Shown here: positions 40,130 through 51,724 of the stretch, one piece after another
Numbering within the stretch: the stretch's first letter is position 1
How the letters are laid out: every line of letters starts with the position of its first letter
Assembly: GCA_030324005.1 (NCBI GenBank)
Contig: JARDVH010000115.1
Coordinates: 75,541,530-75,605,529, forward strand
Direction: 5' to 3'
DNA: 64,000 nt
Origin: Negaprion brevirostris
Lineage: Eukaryota
Made by a program: the position numbers and the translations under genes
The notes under the pieces: generated by a model
Told to the model about the DNA's origin: nothing
Database searches by the model: none
Seen by the model: only the letters and a program-made list of their open reading frames with translations

Positions 40130-40442
40130 GGGCAGCACAGTGGTTAGCATTGCCATCTCATAGTGCCAGGGACCCAGGTTCAATTCTGGCCTCGTGTCAC
40201 TGTCGGATGCAGAGCGTGCACATTGTCCCCATGTCTGTGTGGGTTTCCTCCGGATGCTCCAGATTCCTCCCACAGTCCAAAGGTATACTGGTTAGCTTGA
40301 CTGGCCATGCTAAATTGACCCTAGTGTAAGGGGGATTAGCAGGGTAAATATGTGGTGTTACAGGAATAGGTTCTGGTTGGGATTGTGGTCAATGCAGACT
40401 CGAGGCTGAATGGCCTCCTTCTGCACTGTAGGAGTTCTATGA
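40130..40442 (+). mobile_element. HE1-like SINE (type A)
   Basis: gggcagcacagtggttagca...gggacccaggttcaattc...ctgtaggagttctatga. Confidence 0.88.
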
Positions 40443-40906
40443 ATTCATTTATCTCTGTCTTTTTATTAAACCTGAAGCAATCCTGTATCTAAGGAATTTC
40501 TTTCTTCAAAGTCGCAGTATTGTGATTGTTCTGGACGAGTCAACTTCTGGTCGATGGTTAAAATGCTTAAAGTGCAGGTTCAGCTTTAAGTGATTTCTAA
40601 AACTCCCAGGTGGTGACACCGCACAAAGGATTTTACCGTGCTTGATGGTTTTGGCAGGCTCCCACGGTCATGGCATTTGCTCTCAACATTTAAATATTTT
40701 CAACCCTGCATGTATGGATTGATTGGTCAGAGTCTTCCCTACTCTCCTGCAATGCTCCCAGGTTCTGGAAGCTTCCAATCCCAGATTTTCCTACATTTTT
40801 AAATCTGTCTGCTCAGTTGTTGTTAATTTTTAATTCACAATTTTTTAATCTATATTCAGCCGCTGGAGGTTCAGGTGCCAACTTAGAAATCAGGTCCCCC
40901 AGACTG

Positions 40907-41042
40907 TGGTCAGAATTCTCTGACCCTTCATGCCCCACCACTGCTGCCGGCGAGAATGGAGAATTTGGCACTCAGCCAAATCTCCATTCACGGCAGCGGA
41001 ACGGGAGAATCTCAGCTGTGGGCGAGGTCAAAGAATCCAACC
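40907..41042. mobile_element. Hairpin MITE copy, possible CTG target duplication
   Basis: ctg|tggtcagaattctc ... gaatccaacc|ctg; central stem tggagaatttggc-actca-gccaaatctcca. Confidence 0.65.
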
Positions 41043-41610
41043 CTGGGACTTAAACAGAATTTCTGACCACTTCAGTATTTAATTTTTTTCAGGGCTGGCA
41101 GGAATTTTAAATGTTTAGCTCACCCCTGATGGGTTTGCTGAGTTTGCACATTCTGGGTATTGAAACTGGACTTCAGTGTGATTCTGCTGCAGTGAGGGAT
41201 TCAATTTCTACCTTCAGCTTCCAAGCCTTTCTTTGGAGTTTTTCTCTGGTGATTTCTTTCTGCGCCTTCACTTCATGAGCTTTTCTCCAGAATTTTAATT
41301 TTCTTCTGCAGTCTCTTTGAATTGTTCCATTCTCTGCCACCATGTTGTAAAGTGTTGGGTGGGTCTTTCTCCGCTATTTGTAGCCTTAGGTAGTTTAACA
41401 GTAAGTATTTATTGACCACTAGAAACTGTATACATCAGTACAGTAAAGGATTCACATGAGGAGCTGTCTCCACGCTTGCATGTGCAACACTACACTACAC
41501 TCCACGTGCAAATCATGTGTTCTGTATCACTTTGTGGTGGCACTGGACCCAGTCCTATGTTAACCCATTATGTGCCACATTGTTATGCTATAGCTATTGA
41601 AAGAAAAAGT

Positions 41611-41804
41611 AAGTTTAAGTTTATTTATTAGTGTCACAAGTAGGTTTACATTAACGCTGCAATGAAGTTACTGTGAAAAGCCCCTATTCGCCACACTTCA
41701 GCGCCTATTCAGGTACACTGGGGAAGAATTTAACATGGCCAGTGCTAAACCTAACCAGCAGGTCTTCGGATTGTGGGAGGAAACTGCAGCACCCAAAAGA
41801 AACC
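41611..41804 (-). mobile_element. SINE tail type B, truncated by gap
   Basis: aagtttatttattagtgtcacaagtaggtttacattaacgctgcaatgaagttactgtgaaaa. Confidence 0.85.
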
Positions 41805-42309
41805 NNNNNNNNNNNNNNNNNNNNNNNNNNNNNNNNNNNNNNNNNNNNNNNNNNNNNNNNNNNNNNNNNNNNNNNNNNNNNNNNNNNNNNNNNNNNNNNN
41901 NNNNNNNNNNNNNNNNNNNNNNNNNNNNNNNNNNNNNNNNNNNNNNNNNNNNNNNNNNNNNNNNNNNNNNNNNNNNNNNNNNNNNNNNNNNNNNNNNNNN
42001 NNNNNNNNNNNNNNNNNNNNNNNNNNNNNNNNNNNNNNNNNNNNNNNNNNNNNNNNNNNNNNNNNNNNNNNNNNNNNNNNNNNNNNNNNNNNNNNNNNNN
42101 NNNNNNNNNNNNNNNNNNNNNNNNNNNNNNNNNNNNNNNNNNNNNNNNNNNNNNNNNNNNNNNNNNNNNNNNNNNNNNNNNNNNNNNNNNNNNNNNNNNN
42201 NNNNNNNNNNNNNNNNNNNNNNNNNNNNNNNNNNNNNNNNNNNNNNNNNNNNNNNNNNNNNNNNNNNNNNNNNNNNNNNNNNNNNNNNNNNNNNNNNNNN
42301 NNNNNNNNN

Positions 42310-42669
42310 TGTGTGCTATACAGACAAAACATACCATTCATAGAGAAGGAAAGGAGAGAGTGCAGAATGTAGTGTTACAGTCACAGCTAGGGAAAGATCA
42401 ACTTAATACAAAGTAGGTCCATTCAAAAGTCTGGCAGCAGCAGGGAAGAAGCTGTTCTTGAGTCAGTTGGTACGTGACCCCAGACTTTTGTTTCTTTTAC
42501 CCAATGGAAGAAGGTGGAAGAGTGTCTGGGGTGCGTGGGGTCCTTAATTATGCCGGCTGCTTTTCTGAGGCAGCAGAAAGTTAGACGGAGTCAATGGATG
42601 GGAGGCTGGTTTGCGTAATGGACTGGACTATGTTCATAACCCTTTGTGATATCTTGCGGTCTTGGACAG
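42310..42669 (-). mobile_element. Rex1/Babar-like LINE 3' fragment
   Basis: Minus-strand translation HLLPLGKRNKSLGSRTN*LKNSFFPAAARLLN resembles the Rex1/Babar LPSGRRY...NSFFP motif. Confidence 0.75.
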
Positions 42670-42969
42670 TAGTTTACATTGAGGAATCAATCAATTGTAC
42701 CTTCAAGTGTAAACCAGTGGTGTCTAGGATGTCTACTTCATATATAACAGTAAGATATCTAGAAGATGTCTTTGTCCCACTAGTTCCAATTATTATTGTA
42801 TAATATAGTATAAAACCCAGACACAAAATGGATGCAATAAGAATGGTGCAAGAATCCAGTGTGATCAAATCCTGTGCAAATTCCATTACAACCCAGACTA
42901 GAAAAGCGATTCACACCTTTGGCCCCAGAATTTTCACCCTGATTATGCTTTCAATGTTAATAGCAGGAT

Positions 42970-43315
42970 GGGGGAGGCAGTGACAGAGTGGTATTGTCAC
43001 TGAGACCCAGGGCAAATGCTTTGGGGACTTAGGTTCAAATACCACCATGGCAAATGGTGAAATTTGAATTCAATAAAAACCTGTGAAACCATTGTCGATT
43101 GTCAGAAAAATCCATCTGGTTCACGAACGTCCTTTAGGGAAGGAAATCTGTCGTTCTTACCCAGTCTGGCCTACATGTGAATCCAGACCCACAGAGATGT
43201 GGTTAACTCTCAAATGCCCCTCTGCAATGGTCCAGCAATCCATTCAGTTCAAGGGCAACTGGGGATGGACAACAAATGCCAGCAACACCCACATCCCCTT
43301 AAAGGACTAAAAAAA
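42970..43315 (+). mobile_element. Distinct tRNA-derived SINE with L2/CR1-type tail
   Basis: ggggaggcagtgacagagtgg (A-box-like), ggttcaaatacc (B-box-like), tail gggcaactggggatggacaacaaatgccagcaacacccacatccc...aaaaaaa. A related tail lies on the minus strand at ~37425-37495. Confidence 0.7.
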
Positions 43316-44957
43316 CGTGAAAGGGTATATTAATAACTCCATTCTTACCTCAACACACAGGGGAAGAATTCCTCATCTTAATTTTTCATCATTCTGATTA
43401 CTAGTGCTGATCTTAACCTGCAAGCAGTGCTTTCTTTAACATTGGATTAAGATTCTGCAACTTAGCACAATCATTTCTTGCAGCTTAGGGAAAAGTTTTG
43501 CAAAAAGCTTGGTTAAGTTACAATTTCTACGAAGGGAACCATCTCATTGGCGTGCACGCACTTCTCTTATCCGACATTTGCTGTTCTTGGGTGTTGAAGG
43601 AAATGAAGGGGTGCAATTCTGCCTGCCGCAGATCCTAACGAGACACAATCTTTTCACTCTGATAAATGGCATATGATATATGAGAACATTAACAAGAAAA
43701 AAGATCATTCACTTTTTGTTATGAATCCCATAGAGACCAACAACTTTTAAAAAGAAATTTGAACGTCCAGAAGCTGAAAGGATGCTGTGGTGTGATTTCA
43801 TTTTTTAAGATGTTTACTGTAACAAAAGCACTATTGATAAAATACTACCTTTGTAGGCAACTAATGTTTTAAAATACAGAACAGAAAACAGAATTTTTAG
43901 AACAACCAAAAAAACACAATTTGCAGTAATATGTTTACACCATCCTTGAAGTGAACATTCAGTTCTCCCGAAATGCTTCTTAGCTCCTGAGTGTTAATTT
44001 CTGTTCTTTTCCTTTCTCAGTCTGATAACTTCTAACCACAGAAGAATACATCATGGTGAGAGTATTCCTAGAGACAATCCCTTTAGCACAAGCTAGATGA
44101 ATCTTCCAGCCTTGTTTTGTCTCTTCACCAATTTGGTCTTTTCAATCTGAGTGTGAACTTGCATACATGGTGGACCATAGAGACTTTTGGCTTCTTGCTG
44201 CTCTCTTTCTCACTCAAACCCTGAGAGACTGTGTCTCTCTTTTTGGAGGATATAGTAAAAATCCTTCCTCTCTAAAAGCCAATTCCTTTGGCAGTGTGAT
44301 TCTTATGGGCCTTGTATCTGGGCAGAAATGCTGATTAGTTATCCTTGAGGGCCCAACTCTCTTCCATCTTGGAACTTGGCGGACAATATAAAGAACAGCA
44401 CTTTATAACCTGACATTCCCAACACTTTTCTGGGATTTAGGAGACTCACAGGGCGAATTTAACCGTTCCGCCCGCCACGGGAATTGTAGCAGGTGAGAGG
44501 TGGACCAACGGAAATGTCTGTTGACCTTGGGCGGAATTTTCAGATTTTGGGGCAAGGCCGACCCAAAAATACAGAATATACTGTAGCTGCTGCCACTGTC
44601 TCCAAGTGTTTTCATTTTATTCCTTCTTCCAATAAAACAGTCTAGACCTTCCTTTAGTTTCCAGCAATCTAATCCACTTGTGGGCCGAAGGGCCTGTTTG
44701 TGCTGTAGTGTTCTATGTTCAATCTCATCAACAAGATCTATTATTGGGAAAACCTCAGTGCAGGTCACATGACCTCCTCCATTTTAACCTGAATTTAAAG
44801 TCTCAGTCCCTGGACACAATGAGCTGACAAACTGTATATCCATAATACTTGGAAAATAAGTAGAATTCAATTCCTTTCTAATTGCTGAATATTCTCTTGA
44901 CTTAGGTCTGCAGAGAACGTGTTTATTCATTCATATTTATTATGTTAAACTGGAATC

Positions 44958-45074
44958 TGTAACACTACATTCTGCACTCTCTTTTCCTTCTCTATGAACG
45001 GTATGCTCTGTCTGTGTAACGCAAGAGACAATACCTTTCACTGCACGCTAATAAACGTGACAACATCAAATCAG
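44958..45074 (+). mobile_element. Rex1/Babar-like LINE 3' tail
   Basis: Reverse complement of the 10949/42310 family; ends gtgacaacatcaaatca. Confidence 0.7.
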
Positions 45075-45079
45075 CACCT

Positions 45080-45172
45080 CTAAAGCCAAGTCAGGAATGT
45101 GATGGAGTACTCTGCACTTACCTGGATGGGGGGCAGCTCCAACAACACTGAAAAAAACCTTGATGCGACCCA
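45080..45172 (+). mobile_element. L2/CR1-clade RT C-terminal fragment
   Basis: QVRNVMEYSALTWMGGSSNN resembles YKAQVRSVMEYSPLAW. Confidence 0.55.
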
Positions 45173-45749
45173 GCTACGGATCACCCTGCTCTCCAGGCCC
45201 CACCCCTGCACGGGACACGAGTTTTGTCCAAGGCTCCGCCCCTTGGCTATGACAGGCCCAGCAACACCCATTGTGACGCGGTGAGCGCTCATTGGCTGAA
45301 CCGCGCCAGCTAAGTCCCCGCCCACTCCTCGCGACAACCAATCCCAATGCGAGCTTCAACCCGCTGGCCACGCCTCTACCAGTGTCCCGCNNNNNNNNNN
45401 NNNNNNNNNNNNNNNNNNNNNNNNNNNNNNNNNNNNNNNNNNNNNNNNNNNNNNNNNNNNNNNNNNNNNNNNNNNNNNNNNNNNNNNNNNGCAAGATAAA
45501 CTAAATCCTTTAAAGGGATAGACATCCCTTGTGGGTTCCTCATTGGATTATCCAGTCAGTGTCAGAAAAGATTACACCAAGCTACCAACTAGGGCCCAAC
45601 CGACTCCCTTCATCATTTTACTAACCCCAATCAGATCATTCTTAACCTAAACCAATGCTTCACTAAAGTGGCGAGTCCTAACTCTTTTAGTGTATCTGGA
45701 TAACCAACGTGCTTTCTTTAGCAGCCCTGCTAAATTACTAGGGTGTACC

Positions 45750-46070
45750 GGACATGGTGGCGTGGTGGTTAGCACCTTGCTTCACAATGCCAGGGACCCA
45801 GGTTCAATTCCAGCCTTGGGTCATTGTCTGTGTGGAGTTGGCACATTCTCCCCATGCCCGTGTGGGGTTCCTCTGGGTGCTCCAGTTTCCTCCCACACTC
45901 CAAAGATCTGCAGGTTAGATGCATTGGCCGTGGTAAATTGCCCTGTGGCGACAGGAGGATTAACAGGATAAATACATGGGGTTACGGGGATAGGGCCTGG
46001 GTGAGATTGTGGGTTGGTGCAGACTCGATGTGCCAAATGGCCTCCTTCTGCACTGTGGGGATTCTGTGAT
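45750..46070 (+). mobile_element. HE1-like SINE (type A)
   Basis: tggcgtggtggttagcac, gggacccaggttcaattcc, V-domain, CR1 tail. Confidence 0.88.
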
Positions 46071-46520
46071 TTCCGATGGCATTTAATGATAGCAGGCTAA
46101 TGTGGCCATTGGTTTATGTGGATACAGCAAATCCAGGAAAACAGAAGGCAGGAACTCTCTTTCCGAAGATGGTTGTCCAAATTTCCTTTTGTTAATTTAC
46201 GGGGAAGTTTCTCTGTTTGCAGCCCTCCTTCCTGTGTCCAGGTGATCCAAACAACCTGGGAGTAGAAACTGGAAAATCCAGCCCATCAGTTTACAGGAGC
46301 TTTGTAGCTCTAGTAGCTGAACTGGTGGTAAATAATTGATTACGTTATTCCAGTTTGAACCGTATTTGTTACGAACTACTCGACAGAAGATTTAACAGAG
46401 GTTATTAGTCCTTGCTGCTTGTTTAAGCTTCAAACATTTATATTTCGAAATGGGGAGATATCAGATCACACTGCATCCAAGCCAGCCAAAGGAAGTATAA
46501 TTCTACATAAATGCATCTTG

Positions 46521-46820
46521 TGCAGTGGCACAGTGTTTAGCACTGCTGCCTCACAGTGACAGGGACCTGGGTTCAGTTCCCACCTTGGGTCAACTGTGTA
46601 AAGTTTGCAAGTTCTCCCTGTGTCTGTGTGGGTTTCCTCTGGGTACTCTGGTTTCCTCCCACAGTCCGAAAGATGTGCTGGTTAGGTACATTGGCCATGC
46701 GACAGTCCCTCTCTGTGTACCCGAACACGTGCCAGAGTGTGGCAACTAGGGGATTTTCACAGTAATTTCATTACTTATATTTAATGTGAGCCTACTTGTG
46801 ACACTAATAAATAAATTTAA
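46521..46820 (+). mobile_element. HE1/V-SINE-like element, tail type B
   Basis: tggcacagtgtttagcactgctgcctcacag...ggggattttcacagtaatttcatt...gtgacactaataaataaa. Confidence 0.88.
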
Positions 46821-47451
46821 TCTTTATTCTTTTAAAGTGTTAAAAGATCATTAGCATATTCGGGGTAAGATTTTTCTACCTGTGACAGGCCCTAATAGGC
46901 ATGTTACTCAGCAAATAGGCCCAATCCCAGTTATCAGCTACAAGGTTTCACAAACTGGTTAAGCAACTTCATTTTCGGGGATAGTTTGCTTAAGTAGAAA
47001 TGACGGTCTGAATTGGGCTGCGTTCCAGATAAATAGGATTTGGCATTAAGATTTCTCATGGCAAGAATGCTAAAAATAGGACGACGTTGCCAGGTGTGGT
47101 TTTGAGTCATTGAGGCAGAAAAACAGGGTGGTATGCATAAAGGGAGAACTAAGTTCCATTAAACTGGGACATAAACACAGGCACACACACATGCACATAA
47201 GTCTTGTGTAATCCTTAAAGGTAAATGCAGAGGGATTACTACTGATTTTGTTGGGATCAGTTAATGAGTGCATTAAACCTAAGAGTATTCAACTTTCAGG
47301 GTTATTTATTTGGACATTTGCCTTACTGTTTTGCTTTTTAACGTGCCCATTTCCCATTCTTTAAACCCCTGGAAACACTTTTAAAATCCCTGCATGTTAA
47401 ATGAGCCACTGTTCGTCCTAATGTAAACATTTTGATGAGTATCCAAAGATA

Positions 47452-47468
47452 TGACCTCCATGTGACCC
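47452..47468 (-). promoter_or_regulatory. Consensus DR5 retinoic acid response element (GGGTCA-catgg-AGGTCA on minus strand)
   Basis: Plus strand reads TGACCT ccatg TGACCC. Both half-sites match RGKTCA with a 5-bp spacer, in non-repeat sequence. Confidence 0.5.
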
Positions 47469-50400
47469 CTTAACCTTGCCTGTAATTATTTGTTTGAAGA
47501 CAGTATGGAGTTCCCATGCTGTGAGGGACTATAATGGTTTGCAGCTCTGCACAGTTCTATGTGCAAGTGTGTGCGAGAGGAGCAAGAGAGACTTTATAAT
47601 AAGGAGACTACCAGATGTAAATAATAAAAATGGTTGGGGGTAAAAAGAAAAACCTAGTAATTTAGTCCAGCCCATTACTTGGAGAGCGGCAGGGTGAAAT
47701 GAATGGGGGAAGGGAAGGAGGAGGGTGCATTACTCTGTGATGTGATACAGGAGCACATGAAGTCTCCTTCTCATCTCTGGAGTTCTTTTTGTGTGTCATG
47801 TGCATACACCATTAGCGACTCTTGGGAGGAGAGAAAACAGTCTTATCTGCTTGGTCTGATAATCTCAATTGGCCGTATTCTGATTGATAAAAGGGAGTGT
47901 AGCTACAGAGCTTTGAACCAACTCCCAAAGGGACGCAACACATTAGTCTGCCAGTGAGTCTAGTATGGGGAAGGTTACAGTGCTCAAAATGAGCAAGTAT
48001 GGACACCGAAAGATCTGAAGCATAATTTACACTACACCTAACAAAACCTTTTCCCAGTTGAAATCCAGAAAAGGAACCCACAAATTTTAAATGTTAAATG
48101 CAAACTTGAAAACTGAAGGAAATGAAAGGACAATGTTTACAATGCAGCAGGCCTGCCATGTTTTATACCATAGGCTTGTTCAACTGGTTACATTTGGATG
48201 TGCATTCCTATTGCTGTTAATCAAATTATTAAGTGTAGGCAATGCAAATGAATGTGTTACAATGTTAGATCAGAATACAAACACCCACCTTGTAATGTCA
48301 CTTTAANNNNNNNNNNNNNNNNNNNNNNNNNNNNNNNNNNNNNNNNNNNNNNNNNNNNNNNNNNNNNNNNNNNNNNNNNNNNNNNNNNNNNNNNNNNNNN
48401 NNNNNNTTTAAGCTAAGTTTGTCGAAAAGCCGAGGAGGTGGCGTGATATTGGTAACTGGATAGATCAGTTCTAAGAAGTTAGCATTCCCACTAAGGAGAC
48501 AGTGTTAGCTGAGTAAAATGAAGGAGCTATAGTGTATGCCATGTTAAACACAGTCTGGTGCTAGTGAGTATTAATAAGACAGATTTAATCCCCCATTGGG
48601 CTAAATCATTCTGTCAGAACTGGCATCAGCAATGGGCAAGGAGCAAGTGACGCAGCCTTCTCTCTTGTCTGGGATTGCTTACAAAGAGAGAAATTGGGGC
48701 AGGAACAGATACAGATCCTGAAATAAAAATCAAGTGAAACCCGCTGACATTTAATACAAAAAGTCATTCCCAAAACATCTTTCTTCTGAAATAAATCATC
48801 GAATCATACAACGTGGTCAGAGGCCACTCAACCCTTCATGATTGCTGGACCTTTCAAAGAACTATCCAATCATTCCATTGGCTGTAGCTCTGCAAATTGT
48901 TCCTCTTTAAGTATCTGTCAAAGGCACTATTGATTATACTTCCACCAGCTTTTCAGGCAGAGCATCCCAGATCAGTGCAGGTTGTTGTGGCTTGGATAAG
49001 TACCACTTGTTTATGTTTACCTGATCTTTAAACCCTCTGTGGTGGCTGAGAAAGTAGGCGTGTTTGCTTATTCCCGCAAGATCATCATTCCTGCTTGTGG
49101 CTGGTCCACAGTGAATGTTTCAACTGCACAAGAGGACTCACCATTCATCTTCCCTCCCCCCAGTAGGGAGACAGTGCAGATTCTCCTTACTGGTTCTCAG
49201 TTCAGGAGGTGAACCTCTTGCATGCAGGACACTGAACACGAGTTAGTGTTAGCCTATCCTTTTCCCGTTTTAGTCTGGCCCACCTATGTGATACTTCCTC
49301 CATCAGCCAAGAGTCAGAACACTGAGATGTGGAATTCCCCATGAATGTTGATCAGTGGCTGGACAACGGGAGACACAGTTCAGTGGGTGGGACGTGACGT
49401 GCTAGTTCTTTTCTTCCAGATGAGTGACTGAATGCTGCTCTTGCAAAGCCCACCATCTACTGGACTGCCTGAGAACTGACAGCCACTTTAAGTATCAGTT
49501 AAAGACAGGTTTCAGACTTGTGAAGATCCGGACAAGTTACTAAAGTGACATGTCTCACATTGGGGAGGAGCGGAGGGAATAATCTAAAAGTTTTTATTTG
49601 AAAATTGCAGTTTGAAAACTACCCATGAAAAGTCTGTATAAAAACTGAAATGTTTTAAAAGCTGAAATAAAAAGTGAAATGCATTCAGGGTGCACATGAA
49701 CTTAAAGTTCATTGAATGAAATCAAAAGTGTATCTGCACAGTCATGTCACACGCGCAACTTGATAGCAGAGTGTGTATACCGCATGCGATCGAGTCTGGT
49801 GGCAAGTGTGAACATTGGGGTAAATTGAATTCGGTTTGGATCTCGTAATCACAAAGTGAACTGGCTCCCATTCGGAGCAGGGTCACTGTGTGTATTCCGA
49901 CAGTGGAACAGAGCTTTGTTTACTGATGATTTGATTTAATGATAGCAGTGCTGCTTGTTAGAAAGAACCCCTCGCCATCTCCCTGAAGAACATTTCTTTC
50001 TTCGGTTGCTTAGCTAGTTTTCATGCCGGGAGCAGCTTTTGAACTGAAGCTTAGGCAAGACAAGTAATTGCGTTGGGTGACATCTTGTTGACAACAAAGG
50101 CGGAATGCAGATCTTTGGAGGATTTCCCTTCCAATAACCTGAGTATAGATTGAGAAATAATTCATAATGCACTCGCCAAAGCATTGGCGAAATTATTGTG
50201 GGTCCTCTTAGAAGGTGCATTCTGAAATAGCAGTGCTTTCTTTAGGATAATAAGCGATTTGACAATGGCAATTTTGCATCAGAAATCTGTCAGGGGCCAG
50301 GAGGGGTTTTTTTGGGCTCCTGGTTCACTTCTCCCCATCCCCCAGTGTCACAACCATGAGACATTTGTTACATGCCATTCGTATGAGTTCTCTTTCTTGC

Positions 50401-51471
50401 ACTTACTTGGACATAAAAGACAGTGGAGCAGCTTGGCTGTGTTTCAAATGCAAACATTTGGCTCCACACACAGATTGCTAACATTTTAGATAGCAAAAAA
50501 TGTGAGGGTTTTTTTTGGATGGCGGGTTAGCTTGTGCCGATAAATTAAAGACAGGCCTGAGATGATTAATTCCTCGGCTTTTATAGAATGATTTTAACTG
50601 GCTGTTTGGGAAGAGCAGGGGAAATGCCAATTTTCTTTGAACAGTGAAAGGACCATCAAGGTGTATTATTATTTGACAGATCAGAACTGAAATCCAAGGT
50701 TAAATGCAGCACTTTCTTGGTGTTCCAGAAGAATGATTGTCCAACTTTTATTTAATTTTAGTTTTCACGACGCCAACACCATGTTTTTTTTATTTTTCTC
50801 CAATATTTGTTACCCAAAAATGGCAAAGTGCATTGTTAAGCTCCAAAATAAAAAGGTACCTTGTGTTGAACTGTAGAAAGAAGTCATCTATTTTCAAATG
50901 TCTTTTAGTACCCACATTCCTGATGGGCATCTTGTCTCCCCCCCCCGCCCCCCACCGCCCTGGGTGTGGAAATCTTTGGTTGAAAAGTTGCCAGTCGCTA
51001 ACCTCTAAATGACCCCGTGACTTTACAGTCTAAAACTGCAGGAGCTGCGAATGAGCATGAGCTTTTCTGTACCAGCACTTACTTGCTGCTGTGGTGATAA
51101 AACTTCAGACAGCCTAATTGATGGGCTTTCTGACATAACAATACCTTGTGAAAGTAGAGAGTGGCAAATGCCTGGTCTTCATTTATGGACAGCTGGAACA
51201 GGAGTTGCACCCCCCCCAACCCCAGCCACCCCATGAGGAGAAAGCAACCTATTTAAGGCAATGAACTTTTACTATGTTTGTGACTCTTGTACAGGCAGAC
51301 ATTTCGTTTTAAACACTAAGAGCTGATGCCAGTAACCTTTAAATCAACAGATGACAAAATGTGCTTGTGTGCAGGTGTCTTTTTTAACACCTTCAACAAA
51401 TTAAAAGTGTGGGTTCTGAAGTTGAGTTTGCAAACTAAGGAATTAAAATTTACTCCTTCTTATTGTTCCAG

Positions 51472-51530
51472 GTTCATTAACGCCAGGAGAAGGATAGTAC
51501 AACCCATGATCGACCAATCAAATCGAGCAG
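51472..51530 (+). CDS. meis2: Meis2 homeodomain helix-3 exon (59 bp): (W)FINARRRIVQPMIDQSNRA; non-canonical GC donor
   Basis: Acceptor ttgttccag|G TTC ATT AAC GCC AGG AGA AGG completes the split W codon of the previous exon. Ends GCA G|gcaagt. Phase fits the next exon. Confidence 0.97.
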
Positions 51531-51614
51531 GCAAGTCCCAAGTAGTAACTAAATTCAGATCCCACAAGCACAAATGCGATTCGAATTATTCCTGACAAGT
51601 TCCTTCACCTGGTA

Positions 51615-51620
51615 AATAAA
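51615..51620 (+). terminator. Candidate intronic poly(A) signal AATAAA
   Basis: 85 nt downstream of the GC donor, overlapping in-frame AAA TAA codons. Confidence 0.4.
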
Positions 51621-51724
51621 ACTGACAGCTCGGCATTCTGGAAGAGTTTTCACTTCAGAATCCCAATGCAATCTCAGCTAAACTGCTGCCAGCAGGATTC
51701 CCCTCACTCTCACAGAAGTTGCTT

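Larger units (their letters stand above)
39060..41580 (-). mobile_element. Decayed Ty3/Gypsy (Mag-like) LTR retrotransposon: 5' LTR (~41343-41580), PBS, gag with Zn-knuckle remnant
   Basis: Minus strand ...TACAACA|TGGTGGCAG (PBS 41342-41334). AATAAA in the LTR (41408-13). ORF 39702-40088 has FNKHFQQPGEPVDSF...LLRDRTVVG...LTLEKA. ORF 39084-39350 has HxxxxCPAxxxxCxxC. Confidence 0.8.

Noticed and set aside
39520-40329. 269-aa plus-strand ORF
   Set aside because: It is a chimera of SINE sequence and the antisense of a decayed gag; no protein family signature.
44762-44775. AGGTCA-ca-TGACCT palindrome
   Set aside because: The 2-bp spacer is not an oestrogen response element (IR3), and the context looks repeat-derived.
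49696-49712. ATGAACTT-A-AAGTTCAT palindrome, and ATAGGCCA...TGGCCTAT near 56536
   Set aside because: Eight-bp inverted repeats are expected by chance in 64 kb of AT-rich DNA.
51326-51471. N-terminal part of the 89-aa ORF containing FINARRR
   Set aside because: Intronic open frame upstream of a clear splice acceptor at 51471; no sign of a real start.
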